A program made the translations under genes and the position numbers. A DNA stretch of 64,000 bases, from positions 6,076,001-6,140,000 of the forward strand of contig NW_027361925.1 of NCBI RefSeq assembly GCF_039654945.1, given 5' to 3'. This DNA comes from Dendrobates tinctorius. Its lineage: Eukaryota. The notes beneath the pieces were generated by a model. The model had not been told where the DNA came from, did not search any database, and saw only the letters and a list, made by a program, of their open reading frames with translations. Shown one piece after another: positions 36,655-51,461 of this stretch (the stretch's first letter is position 1; each line of letters opens with the position of its first letter).

Positions 36655-39600
36655 TTAAACATTCTTCTTATGGATTAATAGAGTAAGGACTAACAGACAT
36701 TAGGAAGATCTTTCCTGGTAACAGACTTCTTTGATATAGGAGAAGCCCTGTGTCATGGAGCGCCCCCTCAGACCCTGCATCAGGCATGGACAGTGTAGTT
36801 TTATACTAGGTGCTCCTTTCAAGTCGTATTTATTTAAATATGTCCACAAGGTGGCACTGTCTATTGCTGTTGAGACATTCTACATTCTATGTAATTGTCT
36901 CATTATATGAAAACACAGAACCGACCTTGTTTATATGTAATTTATTGTGTACTTTGTTATCTATTGACACAGCTTAACTACAACTTACTGTATGTCTGTG
37001 ATTATTATTACACATAACACCTCCCTACCTAATCACCAGCAGGGCTGTGAGGGTATAGAAACTCTGTCATTTCTCATTGTAGGACACAAATACACCTCAA
37101 GCAGCACCCCAGTGGCCACAGTATTCCAGTCACTGGCCTACAGTGCACAACTGCGGCTTTGCTCTTTATGTGTATCTTATTTCCGTTCAGTTACCATATT
37201 GGAAGGTCAAGTAGGAATTCAGGCTTCAACAACTTACCAATAATGCCGGTTATGTCAATAACCCTCCATGTATGAGAGCAGAATGTAACACATACCACAT
37301 TTCCCTGCGTGATGTGGCAGATTAGGAATGTTCTCAATAACTACTTTTATTGTCTGCTACCCTCTAACCCACCAAACCTAAAATACAGGTTATACTAGTC
37401 TAAAAATGTACTTAAAATTCCTTCATATTTCCAATAAAATACTTAAGTCACAAACAAATCTGACGTATTCTACACTGTTTGTTATATTAATGGGTATAAT
37501 TAGACTTCTTCTCTTACTAATGCCTGAGAACAGTATTGTGAACCTGTTGCAGTAGTCTTGTCTGCTTGTCAGGTTTTTAACATGTGGGATAGGAAGGAGA
37601 CAACTACATTTACTGTTGTATCAAAGTGTTATCGTCTTTATCTGTTCTTCAAAAAAAACGAGCTCCACTAGTGTGTCATAACTGGTCGTTTGTTCAAGGG
37701 GTTATAAAAATGGCCACTATTACCAATTACAAGCTGCAACCCGTCTTAGACACGTATCAGGATAGGATGCTGCCTGAATAAAAACAGTTTGAGACGTGTC
37801 TAAACTGTCAGAGGAGCAGCATTGTGAGCTGATCTGCTCACTCAGCTGTGGAGCAGAAATCTAGCAAGGGAAATCTAGCTGGAGAAAAATAGCCTGTTCT
37901 GCAGGAAAAGTTCACATTCTGTCTTGCTACAGTAATGCTCCATTGGCTGAGAGAGCAGATCAGGTCAGGATGCTGCTCCTGTGACAGTTGAGACATGTCT
38001 TTAGCTGTGATTCTTCAGACTAACCCCTTCTGATATATGACAAGGATGGGTTGCAGCTTGAAATATGTTACAGTGGCCATTTTTATCACATTCTGAGTGA
38101 AACCCCTTTTAATGTCTAAGAACAAGTAGGAAAAAGTTCTATGCAGCTTTCCTAGCATCTGTAAATAATACATGAGTCATTAATGAATAAATTCTGTTCG
38201 CCGAGAATTAAAAGTAGTTATTTCTGTCTCAGCCATGAAAGGCAAAGATGGTAATAGGTTTTTAAGACGTACTGCTATTACTGTATCAGATGTTATTACC
38301 AGGTAAAGTTGCGGCTGGCCATATTGGAAGTGCAACATTAAATGCTGAACAGCAACCAATTAATTGTTGCTTGAACTGGAGAGCATTGATAGTTCTGTAT
38401 TTCACACAGTGCAACTAAGTAATGTGCATAGCTTATAGGAAAGCAAATATCTTTTTTGTAGTCCACTTTCATAATCCACCCATTACCTCTCATTATATAA
38501 CACCCATCATTTTCCACTTTCTTATCTATTTTGCCAGTGGTGCCAGCAAACACCATAATGAGGTCACTCTTGACATTTGAAGTCATTAGTGGAATAAAAG
38601 ACGTTTATAACAGACATTCCCCAAACTGCGAAGGATTGTCAAAGTTAAAGATTGTCAAAATTAATATATTTCATTGCCTTTATTGAGTGTAATGAGAAAG
38701 ACGCGTTTTGTGTTTAGGGTAGAATTTTCGACTTCTTAACCTATGTATGTCATGACGGATGTATTTGTCCGACCCGGAAACACATGATTCTGATTACACC
38801 CAATAATATAATTATATCCTAATCTTGATGATCCCTCACTACTTGGAAGATCTAAGACTTTGATGAATCGGGGCCACAGTCTTGCTCTATGAATCAGGGA
38901 CTCTAAAAAAAATATAGTACTACAGCTACTAAGCTATTTTCCTCTTCCCATATTAGTCAGTACATTGCCAGTCCAGCTCCAAACTGTTATGTCTGACAGT
39001 GTGGTTTGCTAGGAGAAAATTACCTAACAGCCACAGTTTTTACATTGCAGCTGTCTTCTAGTGCATCCATAGAAACTAGTCTGTCTCAGATTACTCTGGT
39101 CTTTGGCTTAAGGCAGATTTATCACTAAACTTAAAGCAGAGAAGAGCCTTGAGAAGACATAAAGTTATAGAAATTATAAGTAGTCTGTAGTTAAAAAAAC
39201 AAGTCACCTCTTTCCAGGTAACTAGGCTCAAATATTGAACTTGATCAAACATATTAATAATTTAACATTTTGGTTAAAGTTACAACTTAGTCTTCACACC
39301 ATCTATCTCTAAAATCCCAAGAGTCAATGTACAACATGAGAATAGTTTCTTGTTTGGCACATGCCTGCATAGTTTTCACAAAATGGCCTTATTAACTCAG
39401 CACCTCGTGGTTCAGTGTGTCTTTGTAAAATATACAGAAATAATGTGAGGTTTAATGTTCTATTGTCCTATCCTTCTCCGAGTATAGAATTCTGGACAAT
39501 AGAGAATGATGATGCCACAATCACAAGGAGAAAGCATAGGTCCACAAGTTCCACATATGAGTGAGTTTTCCCAAAGGTTGGAGCATGGATCCTTCTACTG

Positions 39601-41092
39601 GTGGTGGAAAATGGGTAAACCTGGGTGGTGAGGCAGGTGAAGTTTAGGAGCAAGTTAGGATCAGTAGAATTGGAATGATTGGGTTCAAGAATGGAGTGCT
39701 ACACTAGGGATAAAGGAAAAAAAAAGATATGTTACAGAAAACTACAAGACACTCTATGACATGTTTCAAGTTCTCATCTAAGATCTATAACCTTAGGTGT
39801 CTGCCTTCACGAGTCTATAAACATTACCACACATCAATGATCTGTTATAAATTGCAAAAAATCCGTACACACAAAGATTGGATTACACATGACCTGTTAT
39901 TAGCATCCCGATTTCAGAAAGATCCATCCTTTTTTTGGTGTTGGCTAAATTTGAAAGATATAAACCAGGTGGAGTCAAACCACCCATATCAGGGGACAAT
40001 CAGGTCCAGTCTTAGGCCACGTTGTAGCTCTTTTTGCCCAACCTTATGATGTTTCACATAGGGCACAATATGATCCAATCATTCAGTGGTCAGTGTAATA
40101 TTGCTTTAGAGTTCCCATATAACTAGGGAATGTTGTTTCATCCTTTCCAGTTACAATTTTATGGAGAAAAACTACTAAATGAAGGCGACTTTGCTGCAAT
40201 ATAATTTGTTTAATACATTGTGTCGAGCCATAGTACACATTAACATCAATGAGGAATATTAAAAGAAGAATGTATGAAACAGGAACGAATGTCCTATTGT
40301 ACACTATGAAACCTGGAGATCCACCATTATGAAGCTGTTAGCGCATGTAAAACGCAAGTATAGGATTATAAGTGAATCCACCAGAGCAATACAATAACAA
40401 TGGTGAGGTCTACAAATAATATAAATCAAGCTAAAAACAAGGATCTAAGCATTCAAATAAATCCAAGTAGTGTAGACAAAGTTTTAATTGGTACGTGTCT
40501 TAAAAATTTACCCTCACATTTGGGTGTGAGGATACACTTCTAGCTTCTCAGCCTCGCACTGTATTCACTACCTAGCGGCATCTTTTCCTGGCTGATTGAC
40601 AAGTCATTTACTCTGGTAAATGGCTATGGATTTTTCAAGCAACCTGTCAATCAGCCATTGTAGGGTGCTGCTAGGGAATACAGTGTGAGGCTGAGAAGCA
40701 TCATTCACTTCCAGACACAACTCCAAATGTGATTTCTCGCTTGGAAGTCAGAAAGGGATTGACCTATTTTTTAAAGTGCTACACAATTGCATTAACGGTT
40801 TGAGGGGTAAAAGTTTTTGACAGGACCCCTTTCAAAGGCAGCGACTGAAGGTAACCTCAAAGTGTAAAGAAAATAAGATCACATAATATCAGGAATGTGG
40901 TGCACAACCAAGACCACCCCCTTGACTCTAGCCTGATTTACATTAGTCATAGACCACATCATTGTTATATTATTCATCTGTTCGATCACTCTACTTGGTC
41001 TTAACATGCACTGGCTCCTACATAATAGTGGATCTCCAGTTTTATATTGCACAACTGGACATTATTTACTTTATCATACATCATCGTTTTAA

Positions 41093-41468
41093 TCCCCTTC
41101 CCGACATAAGAAGTAATAGTTCATGTTATGTCAAGTCCATGTGTAGGGAGCGGGCTCAGCAGCTGAGCCCGTACCAAACCACGTAGATGCCAGCTGTAGC
41201 ACAGAAAATTATATAGCCAGGTAAGTTTTATTGCACAAAGAACGCCGTAAAGACAAAACCAAAAACAATTGCAGAATTGCATTTTTTGTGCAGCTTCACC
41301 ACACCTGTTTTTCATGATGTCATTGAAAACTAAAACTTGTCTTGTACAAAAACAAGTTCCCATACTTCTATGTGGACGCAAAAATAGAAAGTTTCTGGCT
41401 CTTAGAAGAAGTGGAGGAAAAAACGAAAGTGCAAAAAAAAAAAGAAAACTGCCGTTGTCGGGAGGGGG
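41093..41468. mobile_element. piggyBac-like non-autonomous element
   Basis: TTAA flanks; TIR CCCCTTCCCGACA / TGTCGGGAGGGGG. Confidence 0.7.
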
Positions 41469-41928
41469 TTAATTCCTCATTAATTTTAATAAAGTTTATC
41501 AAACATGTATTGCAGGTCTCCTCCATTTTCGAGGTTGTTGTCTTGTTTTTTGTTTGGGCTGCTTTTCAGTTTTAATGATTTGGGATTGAGTGTGGGTTCA
41601 AGGATGCAAGATATGGGTTCTCCTATCCCCAGGATACGGAATAATATCTTCAGTAAACAGCCAATCTGTGGTGAATGTACCAGGGAGTACATGCCACTTC
41701 TCTTGAGGACCATCATACTGCCCTCATCCTCATAGAGGGTATTGCCTTGAGATAATTTGTTTGTAGGGTACTAGCTTACATTTTGAGAAATATTGCTCTG
41801 TACTATAGTACCAACTATTTTAAAGCATTGTCATATCGGGATTGTCATGTTCCGGTTTTCCCCAAATCCCCCAAAAGTTCTCTACTTACAATTGGGTTTG
41901 CCTTTCCCCCAACACCACGGTCATACTC

Positions 41929-42015
41929 TTACTTCTTCAGTCCCACAGATAAGCCGATAATCAAGGCAATAATTGCTAGTAGAATAACTACCACCACAAT
42001 AATTATGATCATTTT
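41929..42015 (-). CDS. STX3: STX3 exon 10A (STX3A TMD KMIIIIVVVVILLAIIALIIGLSVGLKK*)
   Basis: CTCCAG acceptor, phase 0; matches the STX3A C-terminus. Confidence 0.92.
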   Translation of the reverse strand, partial: KMIIIIVVVVILLAIIALIIGLSVGLKK

Positions 42016-42754
42016 CTGGAGGGAGGCAATATCATGAGAGGGATAAGTAATTGATTACAAAAATATCACTTACAGCCATACTCCTGTTTCAGTGACGGTG
42101 ACAATTATACAGTGGGAAAGTGTTGTGTACCGGGCTGCTACTCATAGTACAAATAGTTAAAACATTTTCATTATCAGAATTTTTATCATAATTTTTGTGG
42201 AACTTTTTTGATATTTATAAAGCAAATACCGTCCAACCCTATGAGTATAGCCACAATAATAAATTGTACTAAGGTATATCTACTCAAGTTTTCAACTAGA
42301 AGCATGAAAGTCAATCTTAGTGGACACTCATATGTTAGATAAATTATCGGTGTGCCTACAGTCAGAGTCTTATATACAAGGACATGGCCTGATTAATATA
42401 TTGCCCGCATGTCCACTGGTCAGGGTATTCCTCACTTACGTTCACAAACCTGGTCTAACATGTATGTCCCACCATGCAGTGGATAGCAGAAAAAAGTGAT
42501 GGTCCAAGAAGTGCTGTATTTGCCATAGATATGATAGAGAAAAGAAAACAATAGACAAAAGAAAACAACATACAAAATGAAGGACTGATGGAAGGAAGAA
42601 CAAGCACTGCAAAGTATTTTTCCATCTAAGAGACACAGCTAGGATCTGAACCCGGACATCAGGTTAACCACATTGCAATGTGATATCCTACTGACAAAAC
42701 AAGTTGTCAAACTAGATACTAAGGGTGTGGATGTTGCTTCAGGGGAATTCTCAC

Positions 42755-42865
42755 CCGCCTGGCCTCACTCTGGTATTTTACTGCTTTCTTTGTGTCAGCC
42801 ACTGCTCGTTCCACAAAACCCACCGACTCATCCATGTTATTTTCTATGCGGTCTATAAGAGCACC
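42755..42865 (-). CDS. STX3: STX3 exon 9B ([37 protein letters not shown])
   Basis: 111 nt, AG/GT flanks; matches the STX3B C-terminal SNARE half. Confidence 0.92.
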
Positions 42866-43243
42866 CTTCATGAAAGAAAGAAGGAAAAAAAGCAATAGGC
42901 GAACAGAAGCAGGAGGAGAGAGGTGTACAGGAGTATGATAGAAGGATGGCAGGTACAATACATGTGGTAGACAAGCATTGGTTAGGACAGGTAGGAAATA
43001 GTATGAAGATGTGGAAGATCCAAGGCGATGAGCATTTATAGATAACAAGGGTAAGGTGCAGAAGCAGGATGTAGAAAGTTAGAAGTGCACAGATACATAA
43101 CTATGGTGAGATATTGTAGAGCCATATCACAAGGTACTGTCAACGGTCTTCTACATGAACCTTCCCTGAGTCTCAAAACCCTTAGTTGTCGTAAATATAT
43201 TGTGGTACTATTTTGTCAGTCATCTGGTGTCTCATCTTCTCAC

Positions 43244-43354
43244 CTTTCGTGCTTTATTCTGGTATTTTACAGCTTTTGTGGTTTCAACACGCGCTTTCTC
43301 TACATGATCCACTGCCTTCATGACGTTGATCTCTATATTATCTGTCACTTCCCC
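43244..43354 (-). CDS. STX3: STX3 exon 9A ([37 protein letters not shown])
   Basis: 111 nt, TTACAG acceptor and GTGAG donor; matches the STX3A C-terminal SNARE half; not shown in the ORF track. Confidence 0.92.
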
Positions 43355-43667
43355 CTGTAAAAAACAGAATGCTTTAATAAATGCAGCTGGATAATCTTCA
43401 CTCAGGAGAAGGAATGCAACGAGCGACAGAAAATGTAGTTACCTGAGCTGTCGAGCCTCAGTCTCCAAGCAGAGCATTAAAGATAGAAAACAGGACACAA
43501 CTGAGACATCCAACGATACATGTGACTTTCTAAAGGGCCTTTTAGAAACTGCCTATTTCCTCATATAGACCACCAAGAAGTTCATACTGTATAACTTCTC
43601 CCCATATGTCATCTACGTTCTCATGGTCTCTGTCCTTGTACATTAACACATTAACCCATATGGTTAC

Positions 43668-43805
43668 CTGGTTCTCAACCAACATGGCGATGTCCAGGAA
43701 CATATCATGAAGTTCTTTCAAGCTGCTCTCCAACCGTACAATATCATTATGCCGGGATTCTATCTCACTTAACGCCTGACGGGATATCTGTGAGTCATTA
43801 ATTAT
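43668..43805 (-). CDS. STX3: STX3 exon 8 (SNARE motif N-half, [46 protein letters not shown])
   Basis: 138 nt, canonical splice sites, Qa-SNARE 0-layer Q. Confidence 0.95.
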
Positions 43806-44164
43806 CTGGAAATAACAGAAATAACCTTTATATTAATATCTGAAACCATGATCACAGAGTTATGTGTTCCAAATAGAAGGTAGTTCAAACATTTTTTTAC
43901 AATTTTTAATACCTAGGAAAATATATAATGATTTTTTTAAGTTCTCCTAAGGGATTTATTTGATCTCTTGAACTATTTCTTACAATCCTTCTGTATTGTA
44001 GCATATAGTGAAATTAGAAATTTCTTATGAAGCCTTAGGATTGTGCCACTTTGATGCTGCTGTTAGAGATTTACAGCAGCATTTAAGTGGTTAAACAGCA
44101 GCGATCTAAGCTAACTGATCACTGCTGCTAGAGGCAGACGCTGGCTGTATAACACAGCTGTATA

Positions 44165-45650
44165 TATTGTCATGGCCAAAAGTTTTGAGGCTGCCACAAA
44201 TTTTGGTTTTCACAGTTTGCTGTCTCAGTGTCTTTAGATCTTTTAGTCAAATGTTTTCATGGTTATTGAAGTACAATTATCAGTATTTCAAAAGTTTTTA
44301 TCATTTTACTGACAAATACAAGTTTATACAATGACTCAATTTTTACAGTGTTTTTTCCTTATTTTTCAAGACGCCCTGGCAGCTGGATATCAGCTTTTGG
44401 GCCAAATCCTGATGGATGACAGCCCATTCTTGTCTAATCAGTGCATTCAGGGTATCAAGAGTTCTGTGCTTTTGTTTCTCCACCCACATTCGAGAATTGA
44501 TGACCACAGGTTCTCAATGGGATTGAGCTCTGGGAGTTCCGTAACCATTAACCCAAAATGTCAATGTTTTGTTCACTGAGGAACTCTGTTATCACTTTTG
44601 CCTTGTAACATGGTCTCTATCATGCTGGAAAAAACATTAATCATTGACCAAATTCCCCTGGATTAATGGGAGAAGTTGTTCGGGAAGGATGATTAAACAC
44701 TATTTTTTATTCTTGGCAGTCTTCTTAGGCAAAATAATGACTGAGCCCACTCTTTTTGGATGAAAGGCCTCCACAAATGAATGGTCTCAGGATGCTTTAC
44801 TGTTGGCATGACACAGGAATCATGGCAGCGCTAGCCTTTTTTTCAGTCATTCTGAAGGTGGCTTCATGAGAGAAAATAACTTTGTAGTAAATACTGGGAT
44901 TGGACTGCAGAAGACTGGGGTAAAGTTATTTTTTCTCATAAAGCCACCTTCAGAGTGTTTAGAACATCTGGAAGAAAAGGTGAGTGCTGCCATAAGTCCT
45001 GTGTTATGCCAACAGTAAAGCATCCTGAGTCCATTCATATGTGGGGGCGAATCATCCATGGAGGGGGCTCACTCACAATTTTGCGTAAGAGCACTGACCT
45101 GAATAAAGAATGACATTTAAACATCCTCCAAGGGCAACTTCTCCCAACGATCCAGGAGTAATTTGGTGAAGAACAATACTTTTCCCAGAATGATGGCGAC
45201 CATATCACAAGAAAAGAATTATAACTAAGTCGCTCAGTTAACAAAACACTGACATTTTGAGTCCAGTATCAGAAAACACCCCAGACTTCAATCTCATTGA
45301 GAATTTGGGATCCTCAAAATGTGGTTAGACAAACAAAACCACAGAAATCGTGATAAATGCTAAACACTGATTAGGCAAGAATGGGCTGTCATCAGTAGGA
45401 TTAGGCCCAGAAGATGATATCCAGCTGCCAGGGCGAAGGGCAGAGGTCTTGAAAAATTACGGAGAACACTGGAAATATTGTTTCTTTGTATAAAACGTGA
45501 TGTATCTGTCAAGTGTAGACACTTATGAAACACAATCTTATAATCGTACTTCACTAACCACAGAAACGTCTGACTAAAAGATCTAAAAACACAGAAGCAG
45601 CAAACTGTGAAAAAAAACAAATTTGCCTGAGAACATTTCGCCATGACAGT
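44165..45650. mobile_element. Decayed foldback Tc1 derivative (two 3' halves in inverted orientation)
   Basis: GTCATGGCCAAAAGT / TTTCGCCATGAC ends; 44750-44860 is the reverse complement of 44930-45060; only catalytic-half remnants in both arms. Confidence 0.6.
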
Positions 45651-45939
45651 ACTACGAATGTCATGAAGGGGTTAGGGGGACGATCTATGCATGATTGTCG
45701 CCACATTAGAAAGATGTTTTCTTAAACTGTGAAAAGTTAGTGAAATAACTGGTCATACTGGTTATTGTTTAACATGTTATCTGTTCGACATTGTAAGCTG
45801 CAGAAATGTATGTGATCGATGTGTTTCTATGAAACTGACCACCTCACCTGTATAGTAAGACAGCCAAGCCATCCAGTGGTATTTAGTGTATATACTGTAT
45901 AACCTGTCAAGTAATGTATGTAAACTTACAATGTCTTAA

Positions 45940-46280
45940 AGGGGTATTTAAATCTCAAAGCTCCCATCCCAATATGTAGTAGGTGTAATAATAAAAATAT
46001 TCGAAAATTCCTCCAATTAGAAATATGGCATAGTACTCCTGATAACCTATGTCACTTACCCTATGTGCAGGGCATTGCAGTAACTTAGGTATCCATGGTT
46101 ATGACCACTGTATAGTGACAGTTTAATTGCTAGTGATCGTAACCATGGATACCTAAGCTGCTGCAATGCCCTGCACATGGGGTAAGAGACATAGCAATTC
46201 AGAAGAACTATACTACATTTCTAATAGGAGGTATTTCTTTATGTTACTATTACACCTACTACATAGTGACATAGGATCTT
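45940..46280. mobile_element. TTAA-type palindromic MITE
   Basis: TTAAAGGGGTAT start; long inverted arms around 46110-46130. Confidence 0.65.
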
Positions 46281-47080
46281 AATTAAGCATTCTCTGCGCT
46301 TTTAATGTACATTGCAAAAGATGATTCTGTAGACTAGCAGAGGTCAGAGGTCATATGTGCGGGGGAGGGGGGTAGAGTACACAAGCTTGGACTTAAGTTT
46401 ACAAAACAACCAGTGACCACACCTCATGTTTAGTTGTAGGTAGTTAGGCCAGTTAGAGCAGTAAGACTATGCACACTGCTGCCTGATTCATTATTGCTTT
46501 TGTTCCTTTTTTGTCTAGTTTTTGGAGCTTTTAGTGGTTGTGATCAGTTTTTTATTTGTGCTAAATTTTCGCTTTTTTAAAAAAAAAAATTAATAAAATT
46601 GTATTTGTTTTTCTTTTTTTGTGTGTGTTCAAAAATTTGGCCTTGTTTTTTTTCCTTTACAGAAGTTTGCAGGCGAATCATCAATTCCAACTTTTTAGAA
46701 AATCATAATTTTTTGTACTCCATTTCCCCTCTGGAATAATTTTTTGTACAACCAACTTTTTTTCCCAAATTTTGCAATGCTTTAGTGAAACATACCACCT
46801 TTTGTTCTAACATAAAAAAGGTAAAAAACAAAAATAAAGAACACTATAAAGAAAACTCAACAAAGAACACAAGATAAAGAAAATATGGTAAACAAAAAAA
46901 ACAAAAAAAATGCAAATCCTGATTTGGAAAGCCCTCTTTTTTTAGGAAGTTTTTGGAGGAGCTTTTTGTCTCCTGAAACATTTTCTAAACCTTGAATAGG
47001 TTTTGTTTTCTAAAGCATTTTTGCAACCTTTTGATTAGCTGTAGTTTAAAAAAAACTCAGTGCCCATATGCCATGAATTA

Positions 47081-47472
47081 GGCTAGTTTCACACTAGCGT
47101 TCGTGGGCGCAGCGCAGGGCTGCCGCTAAGCCCCGCCTCCGGCCGTGCCCCCTCCGGTCAGTTCCTCTTCTGATCGCATGAGGCTGCATGCGATCAGCGT
47201 ATCCTATATTTAGCGTTGGATATGCTGATCGTGCGCTGGTCCGATTTTGCTGGCGCTGCGCCCAGAGCACAAAAATGCAAAACAGTGCGCAGGGCAGCGC
47301 CAGCAAAATCAGGCCAGCGCACAATCAGGCTATCCAACGCTAAATATAGGATACGCTGATCACATGCAGCCTCATGCAATCAGAGGGGGAACTGACCGGA
47401 GGGGGCGCGGCCGGGGGCGGGGCTTAGTGGCGGCCCTGCGCTGCGCCCACGAACACTAGTGTGAAACTAGCC
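47081..47472. mobile_element. GC-rich palindromic Harbinger-type MITE
   Basis: GGCTAGTTTCACACTAG...CTAGTGTGAAACTAGCC, near-perfect ~190-bp arms, TTA/TCA flanks; terminus resembles the Harbinger TIR GGCTACTTTCACAC. Confidence 0.85.
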
Positions 47473-47720
47473 TCAATGAGACTGGAGATGAGCTTGATAT
47501 AGAAGCAGAGACCACCACTGTAGATGCACTGAGGACTGCACTAGTCAAGACAACTCATCTATAGATGAGTGGCCCTAAAAGTAATGAATGGCTATGGGAC
47601 ACTCCCTGATCACTATTGTGATTGCTTAGCAAGTTCAGATATGCCTTTAAAGTGATGTTCCAAATAACAACCGCATTGGGGGTAGAAACCCTAAGGTTAA
47701 GTTCCCAGGATAAGCATTAA

Positions 47721-48075
47721 GGCTATGTGCCAACATAGCGTTTCTCAAGCAAAATATTCCTGAGCAGAAACGCACAACCTCTTCCCGAGAAAACGCATGC
47801 AGTTTGTGACGCGCTTTTGTAAGCGTTTGTCAAGCATTTTCACAAGCGTTTTCCAAAGCGTTTTAGCCAATTCAATTTGCGATTCCGCAAAATTAATGAA
47901 CATGCTGCGTTTTTTACCGCTAAGAGATTCCGCAGCGGTGAAAAACGCACCATTGGAACATGTGCGGAATCAATTATAATTTCATTGGATGCTTTTCTTA
48001 AGCGTTTCCGCAGCAGAAACGCTTGTCTAAAAGCGCTGCGGAAACGCTTAAAAAACGCTACGTGGGCACACAGCC
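47721..48075. mobile_element. Harbinger-type MITE
   Basis: GGCTATGTGCCAACATAGCGTTT...AAACGCTACGTGGGCACACAGCC, TWA flanks, repeated AAACGC/GCGTTT. Confidence 0.75.
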
Positions 48076-48416
48076 TTAAGGTTTTGATGTTTCAGATTTT
48101 CTGCACCTTTTAAGTAAATTAGGTTACTTGTGTTTTTTCCATTGCGTTTTTGAGTGCATTTTTTTCTTACATGCATTTTTGTAATGTTTTTGTGGATTTT
48201 GGCTCTTTTCAGTATGTCATGTTTTAAATAAATACCAGAAGAGAAACAATAGGTGGGTTGTCTGCGCTGCTGATGGAGATCCAAAAGAATGGTCCAGGAT
48301 ACAAAATAGGCATAATATAGCTTTATTATCAACACATTTCATAATCTTCATCTTCAACGCGTTTCATAATTACTTTGAAACGCGTTGAGCAAAACTGCAT
48401 CAATCTACTTTGTATC

Positions 48417-48982
48417 TGTCATGATCTGCTTAGTTCATGGGATTAGGTTGTTCAGAGGTTAATCTGGATGGCCTCACTCATTGTGGACTCATTCCTCGTC
48501 GCTTATACTCAGATCCTTGGCCGAGTGTTTGTGACCCTGGTGTGCTTTATGACTGTGATACTTTATGCTTGTTTGGTTTTGACCCGGTTCTGTCCCTGTT
48601 ACGAGTTCTGCCTGTTCCTTTTGTACTGCGTTGCTATCTCTGTGTATGACTCATTGCTTACGTTCTGACTATTCTCTGCTTGCTCCTCTGGTACCACGCT
48701 GCCCTCTCTGTGTATGACCCCCATTTGTCTGACCTGAGTTCCCCTAATCTTTACTCCAGGATTCCTGTAATAGAATCCTACAGTCATCTACTGCAGCAGG
48801 ACGCTAAGCCACGCCCCCTGTGGTCACATGATCGTAGGTCCTTGTACTCTTTACTACCTTTAGTGTCGCAGCTCCTGTTCTCAGACATTTCCCTGCAGTT
48901 TCGGACCCCGGGCCCTCCCGTAGTCTGGATGAGTGACCCTGCTCAGCCGCGGCAGTCCGCCGGCGCTGACAGGATCCTGATA
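48417..48982 (+). mobile_element. Solo LTR
   Basis: Exact 5-bp TSD GTATC (48412-48416 and 48983-48987); TGTCATGATC...GATCCTGATA termini; interrupts a palindromic element (48235-49050). Confidence 0.8.
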
Positions 48983-49497
48983 GTATCCAGGACCATTATT
49001 TCCAATCTCCATAAGCAGTGCAGACGACCCACCTATTGTTTCTCTTCTGGCATTTCAACATTTTTTTTAGTCCATGGGACTACAGCAGTTAACAAATTTA
49101 AGCCTGTTGTGTGAAACACATCTATACCAGGTGAGAAATTCCCTGTATTTTATTGTCCAGTATCAGCGGATACGAGCCTATTGCACTCTCTGCCATTCAG
49201 TTTTTTTCCTATATGTTTCAAATAAAGCTGCTATATTTTTGCAATTCCTGGTATTTGGCTTTGACAAAGCTTCATTGATACAGCCATGTGCAGATTACAA
49301 GTGTTTTTCTAGATCTAACACAATTCTATGGGGAAAATCTACACATAAAACTCAATAATCCTCAAGAGAAATTGATACTTTGCGGATTTCAATCGCGCCC
49401 AGGTGAGTTTACGCGGAGTAAAAAAATAAGCACAGTGGGCATGAGATTTCTATAAATCCCATCCACTTTGCTGGAACTGTAAGAAGCAGTGAAAATA

Positions 49498-50803
<1,306 letters not shown>

Positions 50804-50956
50804 TACATAGCGTCAAAAGTTCATCAAATACTCATCATGGGAAGATAACCTTAAAGTCAATATTGAACCTTTAACGTTCTGGGCCCCATAAATTAGGAAA
50901 AAAAGCCAAACCAGACACTACATTTACAGACACTGTTTTATTTAAGATTAGTATCC

Positions 50957-50972
50957 CCACTAGGTGGCACTA
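50957..50972 (+). promoter_or_regulatory. CTCF-like motif
   Basis: CCACTAGGTGGCACTA matches the CTCF core consensus. Confidence 0.5.
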
Positions 50973-51461
50973 GAGTTCTAGTCTTTTTTTTCTCTGAAGA
51001 TAATATTTGCATATTTAGTTTCCCAGAGGACCATTGCATGACCTATAAGGCCTCTTTCACACATCAGGTTTTCGCCGTCAGGCGCGATCCGGCGCTTTTG
51101 ACAGAAACCGGATCCGGCGAAATGCAATGCCGGATCCGGTTTCCCCCCCATTGACTTGCATTAGAGCCGGATCGAGCCGGATGGCCATGCGTTTCATCCG
51201 ATTTTCACCGGATCCGGCAATGTGACGCGATCCGGCGTCTGGAAAAAACGGCTACTGTAACGTTTTTTGTCTCCGGCGAAAAAGCCGGACACGCCGGATC
51301 CGGCGTGTCCGGCTTTTTCATACAATGAAAGCCTATGAGCGCCGCAATGCGCCTGATCCGGCGACGGCCGGATCCGGTTTTTTTGGTCTGAGCATGCTCA
51401 GTAGCTCTGCCCACAAGACATATATAAAAGCAAGACAGTGGGACCCTCAGCCACACCCAAC

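Noticed and set aside
42434-42460. Possible micro-exon between STX3 9B and 10A (strong GTAAGT donor)
   Set aside because: No convincing adjacent polypyrimidine acceptor and no homology; cannot be supported without RNA data.
48320-48395. Penelope-type hammerhead (GAAACGCGTTG motifs)
   Set aside because: No intact CUGANGA core in the proper arrangement; at most a decayed remnant.
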